Assembly: GCA_963667015.2 (NCBI GenBank)
Contig: CAXXJJ010000001.1
Span: forward strand, 1,632,001-1,696,000
Reading direction: 5' to 3'
DNA: 64,000 bases
Source: Desulfatiglandales bacterium
Lineage (GTDB): Bacteria > Desulfobacterota > DSM-4660 > Desulfatiglandales > HGW-15
Shown one piece after another: positions 62,801 through 64,000 of the stretch (position 1 is the stretch's first letter; the number at the start of each line of letters is the position of its first letter). Both the position numbers and the translations under genes were made by a program. Under the pieces are notes generated by a model, which ran no database searches, was not told where the DNA came from, and saw only the letters and a list, made by a program, of their open reading frames with translations.

Positions 62801-63198
62801 TTGTTGTATCCCATGGCCCAAAGGGTGCCATCCTTTTTTAAAAACAGGCTGTGGGCATTGCCTGCAGCCGTTTGTACAACATTGGAAGCAAGATTTATCG
62901 GCGTGCTTCGTGTATCTGTTGTTCCTCCACCAAGTTGACCTTTGTTGTTATAACCCACGCCCCAGAGGGTGCCATCTTTTGTAATATAAAGAGTGTGATA
63001 TAAACCTGCATCTATTCCGGTGGGGAGGGCCTTAAGAGTGCTCTCATCCGAGGTGTGTTTTTTTGAATCCCTGTTTTTGTCGGATTCTGCGCCATTTGCT
63101 GTAACATCAACAGACAGCAGAGAGAATATCAAAAGGATGAATATTAAGGTTACCTGTCTCATTAAAGGAAGTCTTTTGGTGTTGTGTATAAACATCAT
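59818..63198 (-). CDS. Secreted RCC1+ankyrin repeat protein, copy 2
   Basis: Colinear paralog of 54920-58357; GAGGAG RBS before ATG 63198. Confidence 0.92.
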   Translation of the reverse strand: MMFIHNTKRLPLMRQVTLIFILLIFSLLSVDVTANGAESDKNRDSKKHTSDESTLKALPTGIDAGLYHTLYITKDGTLWGVGYNNKGQLGGGTTDTRSTPINLASNVVQTAAGNAHSLFLKKDGTLWAMGYNKYGQLGDGTFFNRNKPVQIASDVAQVTAGVFHSLFIKKDGSLWGMGRNEDGQLGDGTFTNKNRPILIDNKVSQISAGSAHSLFIKKDGSLWGMGTNFSGQLGSNFRSKTNIPGSIATGVVRVSAGNSFTLFLGKDGILWGMGFNRYGQLGNGTTADLKTPVRIAAGVVQIAGGLNHSLFLKSNGTLWGMGANFSGQLGGGLPEIQNKPARISDNVTQISAGGSHSVFVKSDSSIWVVGSNYLGQLGDGTTTDRSRPVKVAGKIIGGTKQIDDFLDRHIYPDAEIKPPQSDAISPFDINSINFKFPDKKESPSSLKPAQTPTSKADDRPLKDQLFEYFGESDIENIDSVAALMWACNNGHLDIVKQLTAKGVNINSRRKTDRVTALMLASQGGHRDIVEFLISKGADVKKKNRFNGGSALWLAAQNGHADIVEILLKNGAKANVKNREGANEEITLEDIEREKTPEEERFELRVKKIAGMQQKHIILKEGLKEIAGYAEGDIINPNESPMMLKWDKVGEFLAQKEYEVITVMRSGAALWIASFNGHTDVVKLLIENHARVNSRGSNGTTALWVAAQNGHRDIAELLIKNNAKINIKDRNFSTPIRIAAKNGHTDIVKLLIENDADVNAFSKAERITPLAAAAQKGHFEIVKLLVENNARMDIPTTRNETAFWMALENGHEDVATYLCDKGAAIKGISDELRHTPLMMASKHGMTRLVKSLLDRGARVNVKTLHGITALIWALEERHMEIVRLLIDHGANVNAKLYDGTTALMLAVNRGDLDFVRFLVQKGADINVKAKDGTTALWNALIGSHGPILRYLIENGAEVVVLNKINGATILMVAAEIGNREVVDILIEKGSLVNQRAKDGITALWIASQEGHLDVVKLLVEKGAELDPKRDDGRTALWMAAQNGHTGIVKYLAEKGAVTDIKAEDGSIALMAAAQNGHSEIVKYLCEWGSDMNTEAIIEDTSYTALALAERNGWRDVSGILESMVTEQ

Positions 63199-63612
63199 TC
63201 GTTGGCTCCTCACAGTATCTTTATGAAAATTTGTTTAAATATTAACATCAGTTATTCCTCTCTTTAATAAAATGAGATACACTTCTCTGCTGCCAAAATT
63301 GAAACAAAAATGATACCCGGAAAATAAATAGGGCTTATGTTATGGTAATAACTTTAAGTGATAAAAATCATGCATGTGATACAGTAATACGGGTTTGGAG
63401 TGATACTGGTAATTATTTTAATCTTATTTCTGCGCGAGGTTTTAACGCTATTATTAAAGACTTCTTTTTTTGCGGTAAGGCTTCTCCGATCTTAATAAGA
63501 AAAATATAATCTGTAAATATCATAAAAGTTACAGATTTATTACAGCGGAAAACTGTACTGAATGTTGATTTTTAAAGGCCAGGGGTTGAAAAACAACATC
63601 CTTTTATTTTTC

Positions 63613-64000
63613 TCAACTGCTCCGGCTGAAGACAAACCTGTGTTCTTCTCCATCAACTCTTATAACAACAATAAATTCACCTTCCGCTTTATCTTCTAAA
63701 TCTGCTGTATCGTAAATTATCAGTCCGTTTAAACTGCGGTCCGGCATTACCCCCTGCGGTTTAAAAACAAGAGGCGGAACAATTACTTCGAACTGCTCAT
63801 AGACTCTAATAGTCTCTTCAAGGTCGTCTGCTGAGGATAAAAATTTGGAGACCCACATTTCTGCTATGCCTTCAGCCGCCTCTGGTTGTATCATCTGCGC
63901 CTCTTCAATTCTGTCGCTGTACGTCCTATGTTTGAGAATATGCTGGATACTATTCTGCCTTCCGCATTAAAATAGTCATTTTCAAGGTCTTTCATAAAAT
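63613..64000 (-). pseudogene. Lipoprotein array copy 3 (5' part outside the window) with an apparent 1-nt frameshift
   Basis: Highly similar to 54197-54585; CTGTCGCTG vs CTGTCGGCTG near 63916. Confidence 0.65.

Noticed and set aside
54930..63226. Plus-strand ORFs opposite the RCC1-ankyrin genes
   Set aside because: Antisense shadows of repetitive coding sequence
54197..64000. Diversity-generating retroelement as the source of variation
   Set aside because: No reverse transcriptase in the window and the differences are not adenine-specific

Overview
64-kb bacterial window, probably from a sulfate-reducing Desulfobacterota-type genome (inferred from gene content and intergenic repeat style). 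Layout: (i) 1-4.6 kb, Ca2+-binding surface protein cluster (TSP3 repeats, vWA lipoprotein, PPC-repeat lipoprotein); (ii) about 4.7-30.3 kb, accessory region with two toxin-antitoxin pairs, a TetR/ABC1-kinase operon, dif-like and REP-like repeats, an AT-rich six-gene operon, a ParB-methyltransferase pseudogene split by two nested insertions, and three tandem GC-richer secreted esterase paralogs; (iii) 31.2-39.8 kb, TtpB/TtpC/ExbB/ExbD/ExbD/TonB/TPR operon followed by BlaI and a BlaR1-TonB fusion, both promoters carrying TACA-NN-TGTA operators; (iv) 40-54 kb, regulatory and housekeeping genes (PAS-LuxR, ABC-F, SPOR, RACo, tmk-holB-ricT, csp, xth); (v) 54.2-64 kb, tandem array of two-gene units (secreted RCC1+ankyrin protein plus lipoprotein) with localized variable segments. 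The best candidate for an undescribed system is the six-gene operon at 13101-18832 (GHKL ATPase, STAS-like protein, HEXXH-peptidase/dCTP-deaminase fusion, membrane protein, small protein, DNA methyltransferase), a putative antiphage system. No rRNA, tRNA or CRISPR array was seen. All family calls come from reading motifs by eye, not from database searches.
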